From positions 22,056-86,055 of the forward strand of contig JABLXV010000001.1 of the NCBI GenBank assembly GCA_013177895.1: a stretch of 64,000 bases of DNA, read 5' to 3'. Shown in pieces: positions 45,542 to 54,400 of the stretch; the stretch's first letter is position 1; each line of letters opens with the position of its first letter. This DNA comes from Brevinematales bacterium. Lineage in GTDB: Bacteria > Spirochaetota > Brevinematia > Brevinematales > GWF1-51-8. A program made the position numbers and the translations under genes. The notes below the pieces were generated by a model that made no database searches, was not told the DNA's origin, and was given only the letters and a program-made list of their open reading frames with translations.

Positions 45542-46996
45542 CTACCCCATTTTCTCGATCAGAATCAGCGTAATATCGTCATGCATCGGGCGTGTCCCGA
45601 CGAAATTCCGGAGGTCGTTGATAATCCGCTGGATCGATTCCTCGATACCCCCGGGAGACTTGATATCCTTCAGATGACGGATCAACCGTGCCTCGCCGAA
45701 CTCGTTACCGTCATGATCGAATTCCTCGATCAGCCCGTCGGTGAAGAGCGCGAGACGGTCGCCGGAACGGTACTCGACTTCGCGCTGGGCGTAGACTGAC
45801 CCGATCTCCGCGCCGATGATAGTGCCGGTCGATGATAGTACGACAATCTCCCCGCCGGCGCGTACCATATACTGGTCGAAATGTCCCCCCGATGCGTACA
45901 CGATCTTCCCGTGCGCAAGGTCGATATCGATAATAACCGCGGGGAATAGCAGCGTCAGCCCGCTGTAGGTCGTGATAAAGCTCTCGTTCAGCTCACGGAG
46001 CGCGGACGACGGGTCGAGCGAGGACATTTTCCGCTTCTCGTACTCGCTTTTCAGAAGCATGGTCACCAGCCCCGCCTCCACCCCATGCCCGGTCACATCG
46101 GCCAAAAGGATACGGATCGAGTTATCGGAAAAATGGCAGATATCGTAGATATCTCCGCCGACCTTCATTAACGGGAGATAGCGGACTGCGATACTGATCT
46201 GCGGGAAATCCGAAAAATCGCTCGGCAGAAAGTTCGACTGCATTTTCCGCGCGAGTTCCAATTCACCCTCGATCAGCTTCTCCCGTTCCTCGAGCACGCT
46301 ATACGCCCGGTGCAGCTCGGTATTCTTATCCTCGATCATTCGCCTGTTGATAAAAATCCGCTTGATATCGTAATACAGTACCCGCGAGCATAGCCATGAT
46401 AGCACGGTAAAGATAGTAATATTGAAGATATTCGAAAGTACCAGAAAAGTGCCGTCGACCGCGACCACCGTCATCACGATACCGATAGCCCATCCGATGA
46501 TATAAATCCACAGGCTCTGGGAGAACGAGAAAAAGATAAACGCGGTGATGGCGAACAACGAGAAAAGGAAAACCGTAATCGAGCCGGAGATTTTAAGGGT
46601 ACTGTATACTTCAAGCCCGTCGATAATGATAAAAAGGAGAAAGAAGATAAACACGACCTTCTTCGCGAGATTGAGGTTCCGCGCGTCCGGTTTCTTCAGG
46701 ATTTTCCTGATAATCAGATAACTGACGATTGAAAACAGCGCAACTGAAAGATGCCCGTAGAGCGCGAGATAAAACGGGAATGCTCCCGACCCGATGATAA
46801 AACGGATATCGAAGTAGAGATAGACGAGTATCAGCGCTAAAATCACCGGGAAACCGATCATCAGCCGTCGGATATTGAGAAAACTCATATGCTGTAAAAA
46901 TTCTTCACGAATACCCGGCTCGAAGTCCCGGATAAATAAAGCCTGCTTCAACCGGGATATCATATTTTTTATGTTCAAACGCGCTCCGTAAGACAT
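45542..46996 (-). CDS. SpoIIE/PP2C-family (RsbU-like) phosphatase with N-terminal multi-TM sensor domain
   Basis: 484 aa. About 7 TM segments are followed by a coiled linker. PP2C motifs are VGGDIYDI, LLADVTGHGVEAGLVTMLL, LFTDGLIE and MHDDITLILIEK. Confidence 0.85.
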   Translation of the reverse strand: MSYGARLNIKNMISRLKQALFIRDFEPGIREEFLQHMSFLNIRRLMIGFPVILALILVYLYFDIRFIIGSGAFPFYLALYGHLSVALFSIVSYLIIRKILKKPDARNLNLAKKVVFIFFLLFIIIDGLEVYSTLKISGSITVFLFSLFAITAFIFFSFSQSLWIYIIGWAIGIVMTVVAVDGTFLVLSNIFNITIFTVLSWLCSRVLYYDIKRIFINRRMIEDKNTELHRAYSVLEEREKLIEGELELARKMQSNFLPSDFSDFPQISIAVRYLPLMKVGGDIYDICHFSDNSIRILLADVTGHGVEAGLVTMLLKSEYEKRKMSSLDPSSALRELNESFITTYSGLTLLFPAVIIDIDLAHGKIVYASGGHFDQYMVRAGGEIVVLSSTGTIIGAEIGSVYAQREVEYRSGDRLALFTDGLIEEFDHDGNEFGEARLIRHLKDIKSPGGIEESIQRIINDLRNFVGTRPMHDDITLILIEKMG

Positions 46997-47112
46997 TTTA
47001 TATTATTCTATCGTATTATCGCGGATTGTCAACAGAAATATATGATAATATCCATCTTGGTATTGCCATGTATTAAAACCCTCATTATAATATACCGTAG
47101 AAGGAGGGTATC

Positions 47113-47598
47113 ATGCCGGATAAAAAAGTTCAGCCGCGTACGGAATTTATGTCGCCCGACGATATACAGATGGTAAAAAACGCGATGAAGCATGCCGGTT
47201 CGCCGTTTTCCTTTATGATATTTCTCAGCGTCGCGTTCGGCGGATTGATTTTCCTTGTGATCGGCGTCGCGGTCTATAACACCCTTGTTTCCATCATCGG
47301 GGGTATCTGGCTCGTCGTTTTCGGGTTCCTCTCGATCACCGTAAAATGGGTCGGGGGCGATTATAAGAAAGACCTTGCCGAACAGCGGAAAATTGTCGAG
47401 CACGGCGAGATACTCGGTAAGCGGATCGATAAGGAGAAAACGGGAAGCAAAGTTGTCATCCGCCATCTTTTAATTATTAACGGTATGGAATTCGAGGTAT
47501 CGGAAGGACTATATACCCGTTTCGACGCGGGCGACGTTGTGGAAATCCGTTACTCCAAGCACGCGAGAGTCCTGCTCGCTATCCATGAAGGTAAATAA
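47113..47598 (+). CDS. Two-TM membrane protein, tandem paralogue 1 (unknown function)
   Basis: 161 aa with a GGAGGG RBS. It is collinear with 47695..48177 (e.g. GKRIDKEKTGSKVVIRHLLIINGMEFEVSEGLYTRFDAGDVVEIRYSKH versus GKRIDADSSLNKTVKQNILILNDLEFEVPEKTYNQFEAGETVEIQYTKS). Confidence 0.65.
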   Translation: MPDKKVQPRTEFMSPDDIQMVKNAMKHAGSPFSFMIFLSVAFGGLIFLVIGVAVYNTLVSIIGGIWLVVFGFLSITVKWVGGDYKKDLAEQRKIVEHGEILGKRIDKEKTGSKVVIRHLLIINGMEFEVSEGLYTRFDAGDVVEIRYSKHARVLLAIHEGK

Positions 47599-47694
47599 AA
47601 AGACCGGGTTTATTGCAGTATATAGTTAACTGCAAAAATAGATTACCAGTTCATCATTTCTGAACAGTATTTATTGGATGGGACGGAGTAGTGC

Positions 47695-48177
47695 ATGTCA
47701 GAAAAAACATCGATGCAAAGAACTGATGCTATGTCCCAGAAGGAAATCAAGAACGTTAGAAAAACCGTGAAAATAACCGGTTATACCCATGTTTTTATCG
47801 GGTTTATATGCCTTATGATTGTAGGTCTGGTACTCCTGATTATTGGAATAATCTACCCTCAAACTCATATCACTGTAGCGGGAGGGATATTTACAATACT
47901 CTCGGGAATTCTCGCCTTCATAATCGGCAGGTTGGGGAAAAATTTACAAAAAGATATGGCAGGTTCTGAAAAAATCACAGGATTTTCAATAATAACAGGA
48001 AAAAGGATTGATGCCGATTCATCCCTGAATAAAACCGTCAAACAGAATATCCTCATCTTAAACGACCTTGAATTCGAGGTACCTGAAAAAACATACAATC
48101 AGTTCGAGGCCGGCGAGACAGTGGAAATCCAGTATACCAAATCCACCGGAATCCTGATATCTATCCATAAACGCTAG
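47695..48177 (+). CDS. Two-TM membrane protein, tandem paralogue 2 (unknown function)
   Basis: 160 aa with the same architecture as 47113..47598. It is visibly more AT-rich than paralogue 1. Confidence 0.65.
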   Translation: MSEKTSMQRTDAMSQKEIKNVRKTVKITGYTHVFIGFICLMIVGLVLLIIGIIYPQTHITVAGGIFTILSGILAFIIGRLGKNLQKDMAGSEKITGFSIITGKRIDADSSLNKTVKQNILILNDLEFEVPEKTYNQFEAGETVEIQYTKSTGILISIHKR

Positions 48178-48755
48178 ACAACCCCGTTCAGAATTTTATC
48201 CATAACCCCCTTGATATACGGGCTTTCGAACTCCTCCGCGAGCGCGTCCATATTCGCGACATCCCACCCCTTCCGGCCGAAAAACGTCTCCTTCCGCTGG
48301 ATACCCAACATTTTAAATCCGGCCTTCTCGTATGCGCGCACGCCGCGTTTATTGAACTCCTTCACCTGGAGACGGATGCTTTCCAGATTGAGGATATTGA
48401 ACCCGTAGTCGAGGATCAGCCGGGTCGCCTCGGCGCCGTACCCCTTCCCCCAGAACTCCTTCTCCCCGATCATGATGCCGAACGAGGCGGTACGGTTGAC
48501 CCAGTCGATCTCGTGAAGCCCGCAGTCGCCGATATGCGTGTCCGTCGCCAGATCGACAATCGCGAACCCGTGATCTCCCGCCTTCAGCCCTCCGGTCAAC
48601 TGCTCGCCGATATTCACCTCGTTCGGGGCGATCCGAATACTCATATTCATCGACGTCTCGACATCGTTCAGCCATCCGGCGGATTTTTTACAGTCGTCCG
48701 GGTCTCGCGGGGATAGGTAGCAGAGTTTTCCGGTCAGTTTTTTATAGTAGGGCAT
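48174..48755 (-). CDS. GNAT family N-acetyltransferase (RimJ/RimL-like), paralogue A
   Basis: 193 aa. The acetyl-CoA site region is FWGKGYGAEATRLILDYGFNILNLESIRLQVKEFNKRGVRAYEKAGF. Confidence 0.85.
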   Translation of the reverse strand: MPYYKKLTGKLCYLSPRDPDDCKKSAGWLNDVETSMNMSIRIAPNEVNIGEQLTGGLKAGDHGFAIVDLATDTHIGDCGLHEIDWVNRTASFGIMIGEKEFWGKGYGAEATRLILDYGFNILNLESIRLQVKEFNKRGVRAYEKAGFKMLGIQRKETFFGRKGWDVANMDALAEEFESPYIKGVMDKILNGVV

Positions 48756-48758
48756 GGT

Positions 48759-49319
48759 TCATTCCTTGATAAAATTCACTACATACGGGCTTTCGAACTC
48801 GTCGGCGAGGATATCCATCATCACGAAATCGTAACGCTTCCCGGCGACCTGCACCGCCTTCCGCCATCGCCCGATCTGTTTGAACCCGGCCTTCTCGTAC
48901 GCGCGGATCGCGCGTTTATTGTATTCCATCACCTTCAGGAAAATGTTATAGAGATTGAGGATATTGAAACCGAAGTCGAGGATCAGGCGCGTCGCCTCCT
49001 CGCCGTACCCCTTGTTCCAGTAATCCTTGTCGCCGATAAAGATGCCGAATTCCGCGTGACGCCCGATCCACCCTATATTATGAAGCCCGCAGTTCCCGAT
49101 CAGCTTATCGGTCGCGAGGTCGACTATCCCGAATACGGGGTTGCCCTCTTTCAGATTGGTATCGATAAATTCACGCTCATTCACCAGATTGATCGTCGTC
49201 AGCGAGAGGTTGACCGTGATCTCGAAATCGTTCAGCCATTCGACATATTTCGGCGCGTCGTCCGGGTTGATCGGCGACAGGTAGCACTTTTTCCCCACGA
49301 TTCGTTTAAAGTACGGCAT
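48759..49319 (-). CDS. GNAT family N-acetyltransferase (RimJ/RimL-like), paralogue B
   Basis: 186 aa. The segment YWNKGYGEEATRLILDFGFNILNLYNIFLKVMEYNKRAIRAYEKAGF is collinear with paralogue A along its whole length. Confidence 0.85.
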   Translation of the reverse strand: MPYFKRIVGKKCYLSPINPDDAPKYVEWLNDFEITVNLSLTTINLVNEREFIDTNLKEGNPVFGIVDLATDKLIGNCGLHNIGWIGRHAEFGIFIGDKDYWNKGYGEEATRLILDFGFNILNLYNIFLKVMEYNKRAIRAYEKAGFKQIGRWRKAVQVAGKRYDFVMMDILADEFESPYVVNFIKE

Positions 49320-49385
49320 ATCGGCCTCCTCGAAAGGAGAATTATAACAACGGAGCGATAAAAACGCAACTGCCCGTTAACTCCT

Positions 49386-49408
49386 GTCACCCCGAGCCTG
49401 CCGAGGGG
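49386..49408 (+). repeat. A-family unit (variant)
   Basis: The unit reads gtcaccccgagcctgccgagggg. Confidence 0.75.
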
Positions 49409-49523
49409 GAATAGACTATACCTATGAGCCTTTTACCGTTTCCAAACACGGGCAATTTACTGATACATAGAATAGGTTTGATATAGGAATTAGCCTGCTT
49501 GAACCCATTAGGGTGCGCGGCAG

Positions 49524-51671
49524 TTACTTATCGATCAGAACCACCGAACTTCGGGGCTTCAATCGTATCCCGTTGGTGTCGAGCGGGAGTTCCTTACCGT
49601 GCGGGTAAAATCCGGGGTGCGCCGACGTATCCGCCGCGACATACCACTTCTTCCCCCGGACGGGATAGGGCAGGATAAAGAGCTGTTCCTCCCAATGGGC
49701 GTTGAACGCGACATAGATATCGTTATCCGGCTGACTCGCGCCGGTCTCATGCGGCGCGCCGTCGAGCATGAACGCGATCTCGCGGGATTCGTATCCCCAG
49801 TCCGGTTCGCCCGGGCGCAGACCGTGCCAGCTGATATCCGGGAGTTCGTTGCCCCCGAGGTCGAGGCCTGTAAAGAAATGCTCCCGCTGAAGCGCGGGGT
49901 GCTTTTTCCTGAAATGTATCATAAACTTACAGAACTCGTAGATTTCCTTATTCCGCGACTTCAATCCCCAATCAATCCAGTTCAATTCGTTATCGTGACA
50001 ATAAGTGTTATTGTTCCCCTGTTTGGTGAAACCGATCTCGTCCCCCGCGAGCAGCATCGGGGTTCCCTGACTGACCATCAGCATCAGGAAGAAATTCTTC
50101 ATCTGCCGGATACGGAGTTCGCTAATCGCGGGGTCGTCCGTCTCGCCCTCTACCCCGCCGTTCCAGCTCATATTCTGATTCTCCCCGTCCATATTTCCTT
50201 CGCCGTTCCGGTCGTTGTGCTTCTCGTTGTAGCTGACCAAGTCCCTCAGCGTAAACCCGTCGTGCGCGGTGATGAAGTTGATGCTGTGATACGGCTTTCC
50301 CTGACGGTGCTCGAACAAATCCGCGCTCCCGGATATCCGTTTCGCTATCTCGGAGACCATGCCTGGGTCGCCCTTGATAAACGATCGCGCGTTATCGCGG
50401 AATTTCCCGTTCCATTCGGCCCACCCCGGAGGAAATCCGCCGACAGTGTACAGTCCGACTGCGTCCCATCCCTCGGCGATCACTTTCGTGTTCGACAGGA
50501 TGGGGTCGCGGCTGATCTCGGAAAGCACCGAATAGTTCGGCATCCAGTCGCCCTTTTCATCGCGCCCCAGTATCGCCGCGAGGTCGAACCGGAATCCGTC
50601 CACATGCATATCCACCACCCAGTAACGCAGCGAATCGAGGATCAGCCGTTTCACCACCGGGTGGTTGCAGTTCAGCGTGTTGCCGCATCCCGAGTAATTA
50701 TAATAGTAACGCCCGTGATCGAGCATATAATATACCCTGTTATCCAGCCCGCGGAAGCTGAGGGTCGGCCCGTACTCGTTACCCTCGCCCGTGTGATTAT
50801 AGACTACGTCGATAATCACCTCGATCCCCGCCTTGTGGAGCGCCTTCACCATCTCCTTGAACTCGCTGACGGCCGTGAAACCCACCCTGTCCGACGCGTA
50901 CCATGAGCACGGCGCGAAGAACGCGAGTGTGGAATATCCCCAGTAATTCACGAGCGGCTGGCCTGTTACGGGATCGGTGTGGAAATTCTCCTTTTCGTTG
51001 AACTGCTGAACCGGCAGAAGCTCGAGCGTGGTGATGCCCAAATCCTTGAGATAGGGTATCATATCGATAATCCCGAGGTATGTTCCGGGATGTTTGACCT
51101 CGGAGGAATCGTGGCGCGTCATCGAACGGATATGCGCCTCGTAGATAATCGTATCGTTCATCGGTATGCGGAGCGGGCGGTCGTCCTCCCAGTCGAACGA
51201 GGACTCGTCCAGAACCATACTTTTAGCCTTGATATTGATATTTTTTTCCGCGCTGAACGACAGATCGCCGTCCTTGGAATTGCGGGCATAACCGTATGCC
51301 GAGGTCTCGTTCCAGTAATACTCGCCCCCGACCGCCTTGGTGTATGGGTCGATCAGCAGTTTATTACCGTTAAAACGCTGCCCTTCGAGAGGCTTGTACG
51401 GTCCGTCGACCATGTAGCCGTAGTACTGCCCGTCCTCGACGTCATGCACGAAGATATGCCAAACGTCGCCGGTACGGTTGCGGTGCGGGTCGAACGGGAT
51501 AACATGGGTAGGGGTGAGCGCGGTGTGACTGTTGAACAGGAGAAGCGTAACCGATGAGGCGTGACGGGAAAAAACGGCGAAGTTGCACCCGTTCCCCACA
51601 ATCGTAGCGCCGAAAAGATAGGGATTCCCGGATTCGGTCTTCATCCCGTCGATCTCAAAAATCTTTGACAT
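49524..51671 (-). CDS. glgX: Glycogen debranching enzyme (GlgX-type, GH13)
   Basis: 715 aa. The N-terminus is GATIVGNGCNFAVFSRHA. GH13 regions are IEVIIDVVYNHTGEG, HVDGFRFDLAAILGR, VIAEGWD and FITAHDGFTLRDLVSYNEKHN. Confidence 0.9.
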   Translation of the reverse strand: MSKIFEIDGMKTESGNPYLFGATIVGNGCNFAVFSRHASSVTLLLFNSHTALTPTHVIPFDPHRNRTGDVWHIFVHDVEDGQYYGYMVDGPYKPLEGQRFNGNKLLIDPYTKAVGGEYYWNETSAYGYARNSKDGDLSFSAEKNINIKAKSMVLDESSFDWEDDRPLRIPMNDTIIYEAHIRSMTRHDSSEVKHPGTYLGIIDMIPYLKDLGITTLELLPVQQFNEKENFHTDPVTGQPLVNYWGYSTLAFFAPCSWYASDRVGFTAVSEFKEMVKALHKAGIEVIIDVVYNHTGEGNEYGPTLSFRGLDNRVYYMLDHGRYYYNYSGCGNTLNCNHPVVKRLILDSLRYWVVDMHVDGFRFDLAAILGRDEKGDWMPNYSVLSEISRDPILSNTKVIAEGWDAVGLYTVGGFPPGWAEWNGKFRDNARSFIKGDPGMVSEIAKRISGSADLFEHRQGKPYHSINFITAHDGFTLRDLVSYNEKHNDRNGEGNMDGENQNMSWNGGVEGETDDPAISELRIRQMKNFFLMLMVSQGTPMLLAGDEIGFTKQGNNNTYCHDNELNWIDWGLKSRNKEIYEFCKFMIHFRKKHPALQREHFFTGLDLGGNELPDISWHGLRPGEPDWGYESREIAFMLDGAPHETGASQPDNDIYVAFNAHWEEQLFILPYPVRGKKWYVAADTSAHPGFYPHGKELPLDTNGIRLKPRSSVVLIDK

Positions 51672-51841
51672 AGAGCATCCTTAATATCAGTTAATCATAT
51701 TATAATAAAACATATTAAGAGTCAATTCCGCGCTCGTATGAAAAAGTTTTTGATTTGCTAAGAAAAGTTGTTAAATAAAGCAGGGCTGCCATTCCGACAG
51801 CCCTAGTTTTTAGATTGCCAGTCGTTTTTATATATCGTTCA

Positions 51842-51887
51842 CCCTTCGACTTCGCTCAGGGCAGGCTCCTTCGACTTCGCGCAGGAT
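51842..51887 (-). repeat. A-family units (inverted orientation, 1.5 copies)
   Basis: cccttcgacttcgctcaggg is followed by ctccttcgacttcgcgcagga. Confidence 0.75.
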
Positions 51888-51913
51888 TACGCTATGCCGC
51901 CGAAAACCGAACT

Positions 51914-52573
51914 TTATATCCTGATACCCAACGCGACATTATACTTATATTCGTACATCCAGTAGATATAGTTATTGCCGGCCAGTTCCGCCGCGTCGTT
52001 CATCTTCGGCATCAGATTATACCCCAGCGTAAACGAGGGAATCAGATAGATCGCGGTGCCGAAATTGAGGTTCAGACCGCCGCCCACCAGCGCATAGATA
52101 TCATTCATCATATTAAACGTCGTACCCAAATCGTCCACGCCGTCGCCGTTATAATCCAGCGCAAGATACATCCGGTAACCGAAACCCGCGCCGACCCAGA
52201 GACTGCCGATGCCGATATCCAACGGGAGCTTGAACATCAGGTCGAACGAGAGCGCGGAAAGCGTCGCGTTGCCGTAGTTGGTCGGGGTAACCGATATTTC
52301 CGTTCCGCTCGCGACCATCCTCTGGATATCGACATTCCCCGCTAGGCTCATATTGTATTCTACGTCGAGACGGGCGTAGACCATATCGAAAAAGACGCCC
52401 GCGCCGATATTATTGAAATAACTTTCGCTTGCCAGATAGTTTTTATCGTCAAGCCCCGATCTCACACCCCCGACAGACGGAATAAAATTCGCCTTCAAAC
52501 CCAATACCATATCCAGCGAGTAAACCATATTCGATGCAAAAATAATGATAAAAACCAAGGCCAGCTTCTTCAT
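51914..52573 (-). CDS. Putative outer-membrane beta-barrel protein
   Basis: I prefer the ATG at 52573 (GGAGGA upstream). The signal peptide is MKKLALVFIIIFASNMVYS. The sequence is Gly/Tyr/Asn-rich with an alternating pattern. No specific family is recognised. Confidence 0.5.
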   Translation of the reverse strand: MKKLALVFIIIFASNMVYSLDMVLGLKANFIPSVGGVRSGLDDKNYLASESYFNNIGAGVFFDMVYARLDVEYNMSLAGNVDIQRMVASGTEISVTPTNYGNATLSALSFDLMFKLPLDIGIGSLWVGAGFGYRMYLALDYNGDGVDDLGTTFNMMNDIYALVGGGLNLNFGTAIYLIPSFTLGYNLMPKMNDAAELAGNNYIYWMYEYKYNVALGIRI

Positions 52574-52764
52574 AGTATCCTCCGCTATTAATATCCTATA
52601 TATATTATGCTCCATTTTCCATAAAAATCAACTTAAAAATCGAAAGTTTTTAGTTTTAAGCCTCTAATTATTCCATCTCCCCGGCAGTTTATCACCTCGG
52701 ACGCATTCCTTTGATATACCATACCACTATTCAGGCGATAATTCAAACATATTTCCGGGGGTAA

Positions 52765-54390
52765 TTACCGCCTTATTTCGAAAAGGTAATACCCGTATGG
52801 GCCTAACGTTACCTGATAATCAGAATCCCCGATCCGCGGGAATTCCGTATCTCCGGTCACCTCGGTGAGCCCGCATCCGTTAAACCCCCGAAGGTCGATT
52901 CGTACCGGCTGGGAACTCGCCGCCATATTAAAGACGCATAACATCCGTTCGCCGTCATACTCGAGCACATACACCAGCACTTTTTTATTCTCGGGATAGA
53001 TAAAACGAAGCGCCCCGCGCGGGAACGATTTATACCGTCGGCGGACGCGGATCATTTTTTTCATCCAGTTCAGTATGGAGCTGGGTATCATTTCCTCCAC
53101 CTGCACATTCACGCTCGTGTAGCTGTAATCCGCGTCGGTAATCACAGGCGCGTACAGCCGCGACGGGTTACAGGAGGAGAACCCCGCGTTACGGTTATCG
53201 TTCCAATGCATCGGGGTGCGGACGCCGTTACGGTCGCCCAGGAAGATATTATCCCCCATCCCGATCTCGTCGCCGTAGTAAATCACGGGCGATCCGGGCA
53301 GGGTAAACAGCAGAACATTAAGGAGCTCCACCTTTCGGTAGTCCTTCTCCAATAGCGGCACCAGCCGCCGCCGGATGCCGGTATACAGTTTCATCTGCGG
53401 GTCTTTCGCGTACTCGTTGAACATATAGTCGCGTTCCTCGTCGGTACATATCAAAAGTGTGAGTTCGTCGTGGTTCCGCAGGAATGTCGCCCATTGGCAA
53501 TTCTCCGGGAGTATCGGGGTTTTCTTGATGATATCCACTATCGGGCCGTGATGCTCCTGCTTGACCGCCATAAACAGCCGCGGCATCAGGGGGAAATTGA
53601 ACGCCATATGCAGTTCGTCGCCGTCCCCGAAATATTGCCGGAGGTCTTCCGGCCACTGGTTCGCCTCAGCGATCATTACCGCATCGGGATATTTTTCGTC
53701 CAGCATCGCGCGGATACGTTTCAGGTACGCATGCGTTTCGGGAAGGCTCTCGCAGTTCGTCCCTTCGCGCTCGAAAAGGTACGGGACAGCGTCCACCCGG
53801 AATCCGTCCAGCCCCATATCGAGCCAAAAACGGATGACGTCGAGCATCTCCTCCTGCACCTTGGGGTTATCGAAATTCAGGTCGGGTTGATGGGAGAAAA
53901 AACGGTGCCAGTAATAACTCCCGCAGTCGGCGCACCACGCCCAGTTCGATGTTTCATGGTTGATAAATATAATACTCGCGCCGGAATATTTATTCGGATC
54001 GTCCGACCAGACATAGTAGTCGTGATACGGCGAGGAAGGCCCCTTTCGCGCCTCGACAAACCACGGGTGACGGTCGGAGGTATGGTTCAGCACCAAGTCC
54101 GCGATCACGCGAATCCCTTGCATATGCGCCTCAACCAGGAATACCTTGAACTCCTCCATAGTACCGTACTCGGGATTGATACCTTTATAATCCATAATAT
54201 CATAACCGTCATCGCGCCCCGGCGATGGATACATCGGGAGTAGCCAGATGCAGTCCACCCCCAGTTCGCGGAGATATTCGAGACGGGAAGTCAGCCCGGG
54301 AATATCTCCCTTTCCGTCGCCGTTCGAATCCTGGAATCCCCGGATATAGAGTTCGTAGAATACCGCGTCCTTGTACCAGTAGTCTTTCAA
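52765..54390 (-). CDS. treS: Trehalose synthase-like GH13 enzyme (maltose alpha-D-glucosyltransferase)
   Basis: 541 aa. Matching segments are WYKDAVFYELYIRGFQDSNGDGKGDIPGLTSRLEYLRELGVDCIWLLPMYPSPGRDDGYDI, ADLVLNHTSDRHPWF, GFRVDAVPYL, IAEANQWPED and FLRNHDELTL. Confidence 0.8.
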   Translation of the reverse strand: MKDYWYKDAVFYELYIRGFQDSNGDGKGDIPGLTSRLEYLRELGVDCIWLLPMYPSPGRDDGYDIMDYKGINPEYGTMEEFKVFLVEAHMQGIRVIADLVLNHTSDRHPWFVEARKGPSSPYHDYYVWSDDPNKYSGASIIFINHETSNWAWCADCGSYYWHRFFSHQPDLNFDNPKVQEEMLDVIRFWLDMGLDGFRVDAVPYLFEREGTNCESLPETHAYLKRIRAMLDEKYPDAVMIAEANQWPEDLRQYFGDGDELHMAFNFPLMPRLFMAVKQEHHGPIVDIIKKTPILPENCQWATFLRNHDELTLLICTDEERDYMFNEYAKDPQMKLYTGIRRRLVPLLEKDYRKVELLNVLLFTLPGSPVIYYGDEIGMGDNIFLGDRNGVRTPMHWNDNRNAGFSSCNPSRLYAPVITDADYSYTSVNVQVEEMIPSSILNWMKKMIRVRRRYKSFPRGALRFIYPENKKVLVYVLEYDGERMLCVFNMAASSQPVRIDLRGFNGCGLTEVTGDTEFPRIGDSDYQVTLGPYGYYLFEIRR

Positions 54391-54400
54391 TATTTCGTCC

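Noticed and set aside
47029-47466. 145-aa minus-strand ORF
   Set aside because: It overlaps 47113..47598 on the plus strand. That gene has a strong RBS, TM helices and a tandem paralogue, whereas the minus ORF has none of these.
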